Part shown: piece by piece, positions 25,979-39,277 of the stretch | How positions within the stretch are numbered: the first letter of the stretch is position 1 | How the letters are laid out: the number at the start of each line of letters is the position of its first letter | Source: Octopus vulgaris | Taxonomy: Eukaryota | Length of the DNA stretch: 64,000 bases | NCBI GenBank assembly: GCA_951406725.2 | Contig: OX597827.1 | Location: 44,640,001 to 44,704,000, forward strand | Reading direction: 5' to 3' | The notes under the pieces: model-generated | Seen by the model: only the letters and a program-made list of their open reading frames with translations | Told to the model about the DNA's origin: nothing | The model's database searches: none | Made by a program: the position numbers and the translations under genes

Positions 25979-26208
25979 GTAACCCTTTAGCAGTTTAACC
26001 GACCGTAAACAGCCTTAGATGTTCCATTTGTTTTATGTTCAAACTGACCGAATCAGGCCTCTCTCATGTACCCAACAATGTCATTCAAATCATCAACAAT
26101 CATATCATCAAAATCTCGAAGCTGTGAGATAATGCATGATGAATTCAAAATAATATGAATGAATAAGTATTACAGTTGACAGAGTAATCTGAATGCTTAA
26201 AAGGTTAA
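25979..26208. mobile_element. piggyBac-type MITE family A
   Basis: AACCCTTTAGCA..AAAGGTTAA; the body matches the 46788 copy. Confidence 0.75.
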
Positions 26209-27927
26209 ATCAGCCAAGGTTTTGCTGTGAGTGAAATTTGGTGTATATAAACATTATGAAAGTCCATGAGATTGTTACTGTTGGGTGGTTGACTTCATTC
26301 ATTGACTGATTTAATACCATCACATACATGATATATAAATTCCTTTAATGAAGTCCAGTCTGTTGTAAGGTCTCTGGTCAGAAGATAACTTCTTGTCTTC
26401 CTCCCGACATTCTTGGAATATTTGAAAAGTGTCATAGGTGCTACCTGAATTCGTAATGTCTAAACCATTAAAAGAAAACCTGCAAGTTTAATTTGTACCA
26501 CATACAAAGCACCCAGTGCACTCTGAAAGTTGTTGGCATGAGGAAGAGCATCCAGCTGTAGAAACCATCCCAAAACAGATGACTGGAGTCTGGTGCACTA
26601 GGCCAGCTGAACCATGCCAGCATAAAAACAGGTGTTAAATGATGATAATGAGGATGGTGGTGATATATCCATGAAGAACTTTCCTGTCTTGTGATATCTG
26701 CCTATAAATCAGTTCAACATTAATTCTAAAATTCTCTTATTTAAAAATTTATTCAGATAGCAAAAATGTTTTCAATCTAGCACAAGTTCTGAGAAGCAAG
26801 TTCCTTTTTGTTGTTAAATTTCAGAAAACTGATTTTTTTGTCTACCCAACCCTTTTTTTTTTTTCTATTTGAGAAGGCCACAGGGTTTTTAATAATTTCA
26901 AGCTGTGCACAGCAATCATTGATAGTGGATATCAATGATCTGTAGGTCAGACAGTTGCTAGACATCATGTCTGATTTGAAGAGGAATAAAATTATTTCTT
27001 CTAACTGTTCCGTAGCCGTATTTCTAACAAAATACACTGTTTATTGTGTTTCAATTTAATTATAAAAATATTCAAGAATTTAGATGCATTTAGTAAAATG
27101 AACCAGCTTTTACGCTTACATTGAATTTCTATATTAAGCTTAATGTTCAGGACATGACAAAGAGATTTCTTCATAAAATTATGATGGATGGTTTTAATTT
27201 ATGAACACTTTAAAACAAGTAGTTTCGCATCATAGAATTGGAGGTAGTGTCAAGATGTCAAGCGGGTTGGTATCAAAAAGGTTAAAAGTGTGAGAGCAAC
27301 ATAGTGTTCTGAATCGATCTATTGTGTCCTCTTCTCTGCATTTTCTTTCAAAGCCATTTGTTCTCTGTTTAAACCACCTCCATCATCTTAGTCTGGAATG
27401 ATTTGTAATAAATTTTATTTCTGCAGTCTTCAGTCTTGAGTTTTCGTGAATAGATTGTTAGGAGTTTACAGAAACATATAAATATGCAGAGTTCAAGCAA
27501 ATAGTTTGGGGTTGCTGTACTAAGATTGATTCTGTTGACTCTGTACTTCTCGAACAAATATGTGAATGGTTTCTGTAATGTCTTGGACTATTTCATTATG
27601 TCCCCTTGTATTTTAAATCAGAATCCTGCACATTTGAATTTAGAATACAGATTTAGTTTCTTTCTTTTTTTCCTTCCAAGTGTAACCTATTAGTGCCTTC
27701 AAATACCACATTTTACTTTGACTCTACACCTTACCTCCAAAATTTATAGTCTTGTTATTTTGATGAAGAACCAAAATAACAAGAATGTTTATAGAGCAAC
27801 AATAGATGAAATTTTTGGTGAAGAATATTCTACTTTACTTATCATCCTGTGCCTTCTTTCTCTCGCATTCACACATGCACACAATACACACACGCACACA
27901 CACAGTGTACATAATATAGAATACAAA

Positions 27928-28159
27928 GGCGGCGAGCTGGCAGAAACGTTAGCACGCCGGGTGAAATGCGTAGCCGTACTTTGTCATCTGCTACATTCTG
28001 AGTTCAAATTCCGCCGAGGTTGACTTTGCCTTTCATCCTTTCGGGGTCGATAAATTAAGTACCAGTTATGCACTGGGGTCGATGTAATCGACTTAATCCG
28101 TTTGTCTGTCCTTGTTTGTCCTCTCTGTGTTTTGCCCTTTGTGGGTAGTAAAGAAATAG
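27928..28159 (+). mobile_element. Young full-length family 2 SINE (tail A) with a 17-bp TSD
   Basis: TSD ATAATATAGAATACAAA at 27911-27927 and 28160-28176; CpGs retained. Confidence 0.9.
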
Positions 28160-29059
28160 ATAATATAGAATACAAAAAAATATTATATAAATTTAATTCA
28201 ATGTCATTCAGATATAGATCTGCATCAAATAATGAAATCCTAAAAGTTTCAATAATAAAAGGAAAAATAAAATAGTATAAACTAATTAATTTTATGCTGT
28301 AATGACTATGAACAGAAGTACACAGTGGTAGAAATGGTTAGAATGGAATGTTGTTTTTCAACTAGAAGAGTGTTTCTGCATTCAAAGGAGATAATGTACA
28401 AGACCATTGTATGTTTATGAATGCAATGTCTTTGTGGTTTATTGAGTTAAGAGGGAATCGCCATCATCATCATTTAACATCTGTTGTCCATGCTGATAGG
28501 GTTTGGACTGTTTGATCAGAGCTGGTAAGCTGGGGAGCTGCACCAGACTCCAGTCTGATTTGGCATGATTTCTACAGCTGGATGCCCTTCCTAATGCCAA
28601 CCACTTCACAGAGTGTGTTGGGCACTTTTACATGTCACCACACTGGTGCTTTTACATAATGGTGTGTGTGTGTGTGTGTGAGTGTATAGCTAGAACTGTG
28701 TGTCTATGTGATAAATCATTATGGTGTGTATGATACATAGTGTGCATGCTTGTGTAGAGGCTGGTATGGTTATGAAGTACAGAGGAGCATGCTTATTCAT
28801 TTATGGTGGGAAGTGTCAGGGACAAGGCTGTGTTACTAAAGGAAAACAAAGTAATTATGTATTCCACTTGGGTGAGCTGTATGTAGATAAAGAATTGGTT
28901 GTTCTTTATGGTGCAAACAGGAGGTGGTTGGTCCATGGTGTAAAATGACACCATAAACAGAGACATGCAAGTAGGTATGGCCAAAATAATTTAAATGATA
29001 AGAAACGGATTGAAGGAATATAATGTTATGGTGAATATCTAAAAAAAAAAAATGCTCTC

Positions 29060-29800
29060 TGAAATAGTCTGCCAAGCTTTAACCTGTTTCTTCAATATAC
29101 AAGCCATAAAGTTTGATTTAATGCAATAAATAATGTTCTTAATAGTCCAGGTGAAATAGTTGGGAAAATGGAAAGAGAAGTTAGGTCTGTATAAAGTGGT
29201 GATGTTTTGGCTGAAGGGTTAGGTGTTGTACTGGGAGTAAAATCTGGGAGTTGTGACAGTAGGAGAAAAAGGCTATAGAAGGACCAGAACATGGAATTTG
29301 TGGTTACATGTGAAGGAAAGATAGGAGTATTTAGGGAAGATGTGGAATGTAATGAGTTAAATTAGATGAGACAAAAGTGCCATTGGCCAGTGCATTGGGA
29401 CAGTAAGGTGGCCACATGATAAATACAAAAAGAAATGGGTAGTTGGCATTAGGTATGAAGGTAGAGGTGTGATCAACAATGTGGGTGAGACAATAGTATG
29501 ATGGCAGGTGTTGTAGCATCAGCAACCGGTTGGAGTTAACCACATTGTCTAAAACAGTGGATCATTTGATGCAGTTTAGTTAGAGTCATGGCTTATAGAG
29601 ACATCAGCAGCAAAGAGGAGAAGCAGTATGATTTAAGTGGGATGTGGTTAAACTGAAGTTGGAGTGGGAGTCTCTGGGCTTATAAAAGACAAAGGTTGAG
29701 AGGTTGGGAAATTAACAGGAAATTAAGAGAGACAGTGTGTATAAAATCTAAGGTAAAGAGCCGGAGTAAGTGAAGTGATACCAATACAGTAGTCACTTTA
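29060..29800 (-). mobile_element. Decayed CR1/L2-like LINE AP-endonuclease region
   Basis: Minus-strand remnants such as ..TFVSSNLTHYIPHLP resemble 'F..NNLTQII..PTRIP'; many frameshifts. Confidence 0.45.
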
Positions 29801-30829
29801 ACTCTATAGCCCATACTAAGGTGGGTCCAGTGAAAAGGGTAAAGATTTAGGGCTCAGCTTGGTGTAATTAGGGCCATGCTAGTTCCCAAGGAGGGGTTGA
29901 GGGTGGATATGAGTTAGTCTGTACAATATGAAAGAAGGAGGGTGGTGTTAGAGAGACATAGTATTCATAATGACAAAGAGCTAGGAAAGTTGGTGTTCTG
30001 GATGTGCTATGGAAAGGATACAGTCAACAGTGAGAAGAACTAATCCAAGCATTTTCAGATAGTGTATGTGTGTGTGTGTAATCATTTTAATGTCTTCTTC
30101 ACCATACTTGCATGGGTTGGATGCAATTTGTTGAGGCCATTTGCCAATCTTCACCTTATTTCCCCAAGAAGGTAATATTTCCCCATGACACCAGACATGG
30201 CCCAGTAGATTGGAAACAAAGGACACTACTTACATGACAGTGACACTCACTTATAATTCACACATAATGTGAAGGTAAGGAGACAGTAATGCACATATGA
30301 TAGGCTTCTTTCAGTTTCCATCCACCAAATCCAATTGCAATGCTTTGCTCAGCCCATGGCTATAGCAGAAAGCTCTTTGTCAAAGGTGGAACTGAACCAG
30401 AAACTTATTAATTTTGTAATATTTATGTATATAGGTGTGCATATGTATATGTGTATGTATGCGAATATATGTATTTTCTTTGTTTTGCAAGGTACTTGGT
30501 GACCCTGTTGGTGATGGTGCCACATTGAAGGTATTGGTGCTGGTGCCACGTAAAAAGCATCCAGTACTCGCTGTAAAGTGGTTGGTGTTAGGAAGGGCAT
30601 CCAGCTGTAGAAACCATGCCAAAACAATGGAGCTTGATATGGATCTTGGCCTTGCCAGCTCCTATCAAACCAACCAACCCATACTAGCATGGAAGACAGA
30701 TGTTAAATGATGCTGTGTGTATGTGTATTAGTAAATGTATATATGTGTGTATATGTATGTATGTGTGTGTGTATGTATGCGTTTGAGCATGTTGTATATG
30801 CATATATGTTGTATATATTATATATACAT

Positions 30830-30860
<31 letters not shown>

Positions 30861-32065
30861 GAGAGATAGGACAAATAAATAAATAATAAAAGTAAGAACC
30901 AAACGCCAACAAAGTGCAAAGCACCATAACAAAATAGAAAATTAGCTGTCATATGAAGCAATCATTTGTAAAACTAACAGAGAGATTGCTAGTTGCCAAG
31001 GAGGTTCTGGAGATGAGGTTTTTCTCAAATATGAAATGTAATTTGATCAATAGTCTTTTGAAATGGATATTTCTTTCCATAGATGTTGTTCTTCTATTCC
31101 TCTTATCTCCTTTATACCTTGTGACTCTCCTTCTCTCTCTCTCTCTCTCTCTCACTCTCTCTCTCTTATGACTTTTTCTTCTTCTACCCCACCTATCACA
31201 TCCCACCCTTCTTCTCTTTTCTCTTTTTTTTTTAATGTCTTTGTTTCTCTGTTATCTTTCTCTTGTTATTGTCTTGTTGTTGTTGTTGTTGCTGATTTCT
31301 CATTGTGCACACTTAATAATATGTTGGTTAGGTGAGATGAGAACAGAAGTAAATACTGAATGATGGTGGTGGCAGTGGTGGTAGTATTAGTAGTAGTAGT
31401 AGTAGCGGTGGTGTTTCATAGTTGAAGTACTACTGCAAGCTTGGTAAATATCTTTTTGTTCAGTAATGAGCTAGCTAGTGATATCCATTTAGTTACCCTG
31501 AAGCAATCTTTTAAAGCTTTGCAGAAACTGTCATCTGCTTTCATGTTTTTGTTTTTGTCATTGTTTTTGTTTCGTTTTCATTTCGTTTTTTTTTTTTTTT
31601 TATAAAAAAAAAGGAAGCTTTTGTTTGAAGTCATTTACTTTGATACTCTATCCATCTTTGGTTTCAATCACCTGGAACTAAGTAACCCCCTCAACCTAAG
31701 CCACAAATAAAAGACAGGAATCTAGCTGCCACACTCCACCTACTTGGAAGGAAAGAACTTAATGGATGATATGGTTCTGGATGTATTATGCTTTGACAAA
31801 AGAGGGGATGGCCATGGCTGGAATACTTTTGATCATAAGGTTTCCTCTCATGTCAGCAATGGATCTCAAAACAACTGTGTGTTTGTGTGTGTGTGGGGGG
31901 GGGGTATGCAAAATCTTAAGTACAAAATCTTAAGTGCAAAACCTAGATGGAGGAAACAGTATTTGACATGGAAAATAATCTAACATATAAAATTTGATTG
32001 AAACTAAATATCTTTATGGACCCAAGCTTGTGAAGTTTTCCAACTTTAATAAAATTGTATATATA

Positions 32066-32647
32066 CAGAGTGTGTCCCAAAAGTCACTGATAGGTTTCAA
32101 TTTTTAATAACTTCCTTAACTTTACAAATAAATGCATGAAATTTTGATACAATATAAAGGACATAATAAAAATTAATATGCAAAAGGGATTAGAACAAAA
32201 TGACATCGCTTAAATTGCAGCCATTTTCGACTTTGCCCGTGATGTTTCCATAACCTGCACCATCACACTCTCAAGAGTTTCAAACCCCACTTCTCTGATT
32301 TCTCTCTTGATGTCCTCCTTCAGTTGCACTAGGGTCTCCTGTTTGTTGACGTAAACCCTCTCTTTCAAGTATCCCTACAAGAAAAATTCCAGCTAGTCAA
32401 GACTGGGGAATGTGAAGGCCATTCAAAGTAGACCTCACACATGGTTCCAGCAAGATGGGTTAACTGCTCATACCACAAAAGAAACAATGCAGTTGCTACA
32501 GTGGTGCTTTGGGTGTTTGCAAAATTTGACTTGTGCTTATTAATTTTAATTATGTCCTTTATTTTGTATCAAAATTTCATGCATTTATTTGTAAAGTTAA
32601 GAAGTTATTAAAAATTGAAACCCATCATTGACTTTTGGGACACCCTG
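32066..32647 (-). mobile_element. Non-autonomous Tc1/mariner element with ~115-bp TIRs and a transposase C-terminal remnant
   Basis: TA-flanked CAG(A/G)GTGT..CCCAAAAGTCA TIRs; the internal minus strand encodes EWPSHSPVLT..FFL*GYLKERVYVNKQETLVQLKEDIKREI. Confidence 0.9.
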
Positions 32648-33107
32648 TACATATAATAATGGGGTCAAAGCAAATAATGATATTTTGAAAACATTTAATA
32701 CTTACTTTTTCTGATCATTACATAATAGGAAATGCATTCTTTACGCAAGACCTTCCTCAGTTAATACATTTCAAAAATATGTAGTTTGATGACATTGTTA
32801 GAATTTATGCATGCAACTTGATGCCAGTACGGACTAGCATGTCCTGACTCTGTTTACATGAATACTTTAACAAGGATTTGGAGTAGTCTGTTCTATTTGA
32901 CTTCAGTCCAAAATTCTGGTAGTCTGCATTACTTCTAACTGTAACATGAAATGTCTGAGTGGATGTGCATGCATGAACATGTGGTTAAGAAGCTTGCTTC
33001 CCAGCCATGTGGTTTCAAGTTCATTCTTGGATAAGAGTTTTCTACTATGCCTCCAGTCTCACCAAAGTCATGTGGGTGATTTGGGAAATAGAAACTGAAA
33101 GAAGCCT

Positions 33108-33287
33108 GGGGAGGGGGCCAGTCGATTAGACTGACCCTTGTACGCAACTGGTACTTAATTTATCGACTCCGAAAGGATGAAAGGCAAAGTCGACCATGGT
33201 AGAATTTGAACTCAGAAGATAAAGACAGATGAAATGCTGCTGAGCAATTCACCCGGCATGCTAATGTTTCTACCAGCTCGCCACCTT
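33108..33287 (-). mobile_element. Family 2 SINE abutting a family 1 head (32975-33107, +)
   Basis: Sequence identity to the other copies. Confidence 0.75.
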
Positions 33288-34220
33288 TGTTACCTACAGA
33301 TATTCATTTATAAACGCTGTAGCTAAGTATCAGTTGTACCAGAACTTGACTGTGTCAAAGATCCTGTGAAGATCATGGACATTGCACCTTAATCCTGACA
33401 AGGACATACACAAAATGGTTTACAAAATCATTTCTTATATAAGCACAAAGCCAGTTCCTGAATTGGAGGGATGTAACCACTTGAATTACTGGTATGAAGC
33501 CATGTGGGGTTTTTACTCCTGAGATTAATGCTTTATGACTTTTCGTTGTTTGACAGTTTCTTCTTTGCCAACTTGGTATTTCTTTTCCCCCTCAAATGTT
33601 TGTGTTGGGGAATTTAATGATATGAGTATTTAGATGTATGAGTGAAGAATGTATAAATATTTACTAACAAAACTATTCTGAGAAGATGTGAAGTTAGCCA
33701 TTTAAACAAGGATGTTTTTTTTTTATTATCATCATTTTTATTCACTTAACTTCCCCTGATTTATCTATGTCTGTCATGTCTTAGCTCCACCCCACAGCTT
33801 AGAAATGCAACACTCTCCTTCCTCAACACATGAGCTGTTCAAAGTATTGTTGCCATCTGAATACTTCCTAAGAAGTTTGGTATTTTCAGCTTTTGGTGCC
33901 AGAATATTACTCTCTTTGAGATGGTCTCAGTTGCACTGATCACAATAGGTATCACACTCACTTTTTAGGCTCAATAAATTTTTTCACTTCATCATCATCA
34001 TCATCATCATCATTATTGAGTGAGAGACATGGTCAGCTGGTTAAGGTCAAACAACTGACAAGCAAATCTGTGGTATTGAGCAGAATATTTGCTGTAGCCC
34101 ATCTTTTATACCAAGACAAAACAATGTACATGATAACACTTTCAATCAGTTAAGCTCAGAAGCCATGATAGACACTGCCTGGTACTACATCAGGGCATTA
34201 TTATTATTATTATCATTATT

Positions 34221-34255
<35 letters not shown>

Positions 34256-34256
34256 T

Positions 34257-34670
34257 ATGGCGGTGAACTGGCAGAGTCAATAGCACACTGGATGAAATGC
34301 TTAGCAGTATTTCACCCGTTGGTATGCTCTGAATTCAGATTACGCAGTGGTCAACTTCAACTTTCATTCTTTAGGGGTAGATAAAGCAAGTACCAGTGAA
34401 AACACTGAGGTCAGTTTAATCAACTTAACCCCTCCCCCAAAATTTCAGGCCTTTACTAGGAAGGATTATTATTGAGGCAGTGAAGTAGCAGGATCTTTAG
34501 CATGTTGGACAAAATGCTTAGCAGCCTGACTTCCATCTTTATATTCTGAGTTCAAATACTACCAAGATCAGCTTTGTCTTTCATCCTTTCAGGGTTTATA
34601 AAGACAAGTACTGGGGGAGGGGGGGTCCTTCCCCTAAAATGACTGGACTTATGCCAAAATTTGAAACAAT
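34257..34670 (+). mobile_element. Two head-to-tail family 2 SINEs (tail B) in (ATT)n
   Basis: Units of about 200 bp end in (ATT)n. Confidence 0.8.
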
Positions 34671-34690
34671 TATTATTAACGTTATTAGGC

Positions 34691-34917
34691 TTAACCCATA
34701 TATGCCCATAAAGAATTTCGCTGTATTTAGATTAAAAGTTATGGTAAGCTTTCACAATCTAGAAGAGAAGGACGGTATGCAACCGTTAGCTACGGGTGTC
34801 TACTACCTACTAAGCATTTCGTATGCTCAGTCAAATGCTTCCTGGCAAGTTCATATCCAAACAAGTAGGAGCAAGTTTTGCATTGCAAAAACACAACCAA
34901 ATGTTTACTTGGGTTAA
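34691..34917. mobile_element. TTAA-flanked MITE (family D)
   Basis: TTAACCCA..TGGGTTAA ends; internal imperfect palindrome GCAACCGTTAGCTACGGGTG. Confidence 0.45.
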
Positions 34918-36159
34918 ATACTACTTTCAACAGACACTTGTTACGGATCTCAGCTAAGAAATGAATTTCTCTCAGATTACCTAAAAGAAAAAAAGCTTTT
35001 TGTTTCACTTTGAATTATTAACAAAAGGATTTTGAAAAATTTCAGAGTTTTTAAAGGTCATATATGTACACATTGGTTTTCTGTTGTTTTTTTTTTTCTT
35101 TCTCGTACAGTAGTAAGCCTTTGGCAAGTTGACTCTACATCATAGATTCAATTTCTGGCTTTGACAGCTATGCCTATGAGTTTAATTTCAGTTTGCAACT
35201 ATCTGGCTGCAATTTTTATTTCTTTTGTGTACCACCTTAAGCAAGTGCTTTTTGCTCTAGCTTCAGGTTTTGAAATGCACTGTGAGTGAAATATGGCTAA
35301 TGGTAACCATGTAGAATTTTGTGTGTGTTTAATATATATGTAGTAAATACAGGCGTGGACTCGAGGTTATGAAATTTGCTGTGCAACCATGTGGTTTTGT
35401 GTTTGGCCTCCTTGCATGGTACCTTCAGCAAATGTCTTCAACTGTGGTCATGGACCAGCCAGTGCTTTGTACAGAAACTGTACAACAACCCTGTGTGTGT
35501 GTGTTGATTCAGTTCACTTACTGCTTGCACTGGCATCAGTTGTAAACATTTAATAACTGTCTGAGCAAAATGTGATGATATTGTTTAGATTCTCTTATAA
35601 ACAAATGTCCCATAGTTGAATGGACATGTTGGGTTCCAAGTGAAATGAAAATATCTTGCTTGTAAAACCTGTTGGGAGGGGTGGTTTGCAACTGAAAAAG
35701 TACCTGCCTGAAATTTCACCTAGCCCATAAAAAAAAAAATACAGCATGATGCTGTTGAGTCATTCATGTAACTTAATTATTTTTTATATAAGCACAAGAT
35801 CAAAACTTTGACCACAGTATTTGTACTTTATTTTATCAATCCCAGAAGGATGAATAGTGAAGTGCATTACAGCAAGATTTAAGCACTCTAAATGAAAATA
35901 TATCATTATATTAAAGTCTACTCTCTGTTTTATAATTCCAACCATTTTACACTATATTCTTCATATGATGTGTACCAACACTGCCTGACAAGATCAGGAG
36001 ACATATTGAAGTGAAGTTTGAAAACCTTTGCATTAGAGAGAGAGAAAAAAACTTTGTAGGGTATTGCTGTAGAGCTAAGCTAGAACTCATTAGTGATGCA
36101 CTCCTATTGACACACTGACATGGGTATACACAGATCAGCTACCCAGCAAAGACCATTAC

Positions 36160-36502
36160 TCTTTTACTCTTTCACTTCTTTCAGTCATGTGACTGTGGCC
36201 ATGCTGGAGTACCACTTTTAGTCAAGCAAATCGACCCCTGGACTTATTCTTTGTAAGCCTAGTACTTATTCTCTCGGTCTCTTTTACTGAACTGCTAAGT
36301 TACGGGGACGTAAACACACCAGCATCAGTTGTCAAGCGATGTTGGGGTACAAACACAGACACACAAACATATACATGCACATACAGCCGAAATCTGCGAT
36401 GAGGAATCAGTTTCTGACTGAAGAACGAAGGCTTTGAATGACCCGTCTGTCTCTTATGTTTGTCCCTTCGTGTATTTCACGTTATTTATTTATGTAAAGG
36501 TT

Positions 36503-36542
<40 letters not shown>

Positions 36543-36778
36543 TTTATTTAAAGCAGCAGAAAATTCAACAAAACCTGTTACTCTGAGTTTCCCGTTGCCG
36601 TTCGTCGGACAGTTTTTGCTATATATATATATATACGACGGGCTTCTTTCAGTTTACGTCTACCAAGGTTTTGGCTGGCCCGAGGCTATAGTAGAAGACA
36701 CTTGCCCGAGGTGTCATGCAGTGAGACTGAATCCGGAACCATGTGGTTGGTAAGCAAGCCACACAGCCACTCCTACGT
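36160..36778 (-). mobile_element. Family 1 SINE with two Penelope-like inserts in its microsatellite
   Basis: Tail 36160-36385 and head 36635-36778; inserts at 36385-36505 and 36541-36620 are bounded by (TA)n. Confidence 0.8.
36569..36618 (-). ncRNA. Minimal type I hammerhead ribozyme fold (Penelope/retrozyme-like)
   Basis: Minus strand CAAAAACUGU-CCGACGA-ACG GCAA CGG-GAAA-CUCAGA-GUA-ACAGGUUUUG: 9/10-bp stem I, GNRA-capped stem II, near-palindromic stem III ACUC(A)GAGU, GUA triplet; deviations are U4C and an A.G pair at the base of stem II. Confidence 0.65.
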
Positions 36779-37516
36779 CTGTCAACCATCCTTGTACAGA
36801 CACAGAACGTTTCCTTACTAACCTATTGAATGGTGTGATCCTGTCAGAGCAAATCTGAGTTAACTCAACCAGATGCTGTAACTTACTTTTATTTTCTCTC
36901 TGTCTCTTGCTCTCTTTTTTCTCCTCAATAAAAAAAGAATGAAAAAATAAAGATATAAAGCATTAATGGTTATATGTGGTGTCTTCTTGCAGACAGTATA
37001 AGGGAGACAATCATTTCTTAATAATATTTGGTGGGAATAGAAGTTTGAATTTGAAATATAATATTGCTTTGCTTGGATTAAAATATAACATTATTTTGTT
37101 TTTATTTTCTGCCAAACTTACTGCTATCAGCTCTCTCTCCTCCTTGGATTTCATTCATTTTCACATCACATTATTGTCGTTCAGAATATAACTAAATGCT
37201 TCAAAAATGGTTTTTTGTATATGGTTTTTTGTCTTGGTTTTTTGTCTTGGTTTTATTCAGAGAATTTTCATTTTTTATTTAATTAATCAAAATTCCTTAA
37301 CATATATGGTGTTGGTTCAAATACAAACAGAAAAAGAAGGAAGCAATCAATCTTAATCTAATATTTTTTTAACCATCTTAAAAAGAAATATCCTTGCTTC
37401 TTTCTTATTTTCACTCTAATGTTTATTTTCCAATATATATTTTTTTTGTTTTACCCCTTATATTTTATTTTATTTTTTCAATTTTTTTAAAATGTTTCTT
37501 TTTCTTTTTCTTTTAG

Positions 37517-37542
37517 GTATGTAATCGGAATTCTTCAACCAT
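37517..37542 (+). other. Candidate recursive splice site / 26-nt exon
   Basis: A long poly-pyrimidine tract leads to TTTTAG|GTATGT, with a second donor CAT|GTAAGC at 37543. Confidence 0.4.
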
Positions 37543-38091
37543 GTAAGCTTTCATTTGGAAACCTTCCAAAATTTTGCTTAACACTTGTGGTGGTTTGAGT
37601 TCTATATCTTGTTACTGCTGTCTGTGTTTGTCAGTTGGTATGTAGTCTTATTTAAAACAAAAAAAATTTTTCTTTTATATTTTTTTCATTCTTCTTTGGG
37701 GGAAGAAAAGGAATTAACTTTTTACACTTTGTGATTGACTGAGTTGGTCAAACACTGACTGAAGAATTATGAGTGTTCTGTCTTGTCCGTACTATGCATG
37801 CGCACAAGCACACACACACACACACCATGGTTACATATATCATCATCATCATCATCATTTTTTTTAATATCTACTTTTCCATGTTTGCATGGGTTGAATG
37901 GAGTTTTGTCGAGGTTGAATTTTCCACATATGGATGCCTTTCCTGTTACCAACCCTCGCCTATTTCCAAGTAAGGTAATATTTCCCCATAACCAGATGTG
38001 TTTTCATGAAAGACGAACAAAGGACTCTTGCTTGCAAAACAGTAACATTTGTTTTTTGCTGTCACATGATGTAAAGGCAAGGAGACGGTAA

Positions 38092-38164
<73 letters not shown>

Positions 38165-38783
38165 TATATACATACATTCATATATATATATATATATATA
38201 TACCGAATTCATTTACAAGGCATTAGTCAGACACTCATCCGAACACTTTTTTCAGTCTCCATTGTTATTATTTTTACCATTGTCGTCAGTTTTATTTTCA
38301 TTTTTATTGTCGGTATTTCGGTCTTCATCTTCATTATCTTCATCCTTCTCTTTCTTCTACATTCCTATGAACCTCACATTACCTCGATAAGGAAAGCCAT
38401 CATGGCCGTCTTTAAACCGTTCTGATGTCACAATACAGATTGTACGTATGTACGCAACCCCACTCCCTCTGCCCCGAAAGATAAAATAACTAAGAAATAA
38501 ACAAGCAAAAAAACAGGACTGGCATTTTTGTATTCTAGTCTCACACGATATAAACCCATCCATACATACAATAGTGTAAGATTTTCGTATAGAAATAAAT
38601 ATGAACAATATCTCACCAATATCAAATTTATATGTCTTCGTACTTTATCAATTCAATTACATTTATTTATTGTTTTTGCTTGTTGGTTTTTGTTTTTATT
38701 CCTTTTTTTTCCTACCAAGTCATTTTATTTTTTACTATTGTTGCAGCAAGCTTATATTTTTTATAGATATAAATATATATATG

Positions 38784-38824
<41 letters not shown>

Positions 38825-38846
38825 TTACATATATATATATATACAT

Positions 38847-38916
<70 letters not shown>

Positions 38917-39171
38917 AATATTATTGTTGTTGTTGTTATTTTTCTGGAGTGGTTTGTCACAAAAGAACGAAGAGAAATCTGTTGAATTCAAGTCTTTTTC
39001 TATTTTCACTATTTAGTTTTATGTTTCCGGTTCTCTGTTAGAAATCATTTAAGTACTGATGTGTTACTTGCCAGAATTAGCAAAGATTCTTTTGGTTGTT
39101 GTGTATGTTTGTGGTTTATAGTTTGGTTGTCTACATTTATCCTCAATTCATGATAATTCTTCAATCAATCA

Positions 39172-39246
39172 ATATATATATATGTGTGTGTGTGTATGTG
39201 TATATGTATGTATATATATATGTGTGTGTGTGTGTGTGTATGTATG

Positions 39247-39277
<31 letters not shown>

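Noticed and set aside
36975-37012. Small hairpin / 3-nt microexon (TTGCAG|ACA|GTATAA)
   Set aside because: The stem is too short for a pre-miRNA and the donor is weak.
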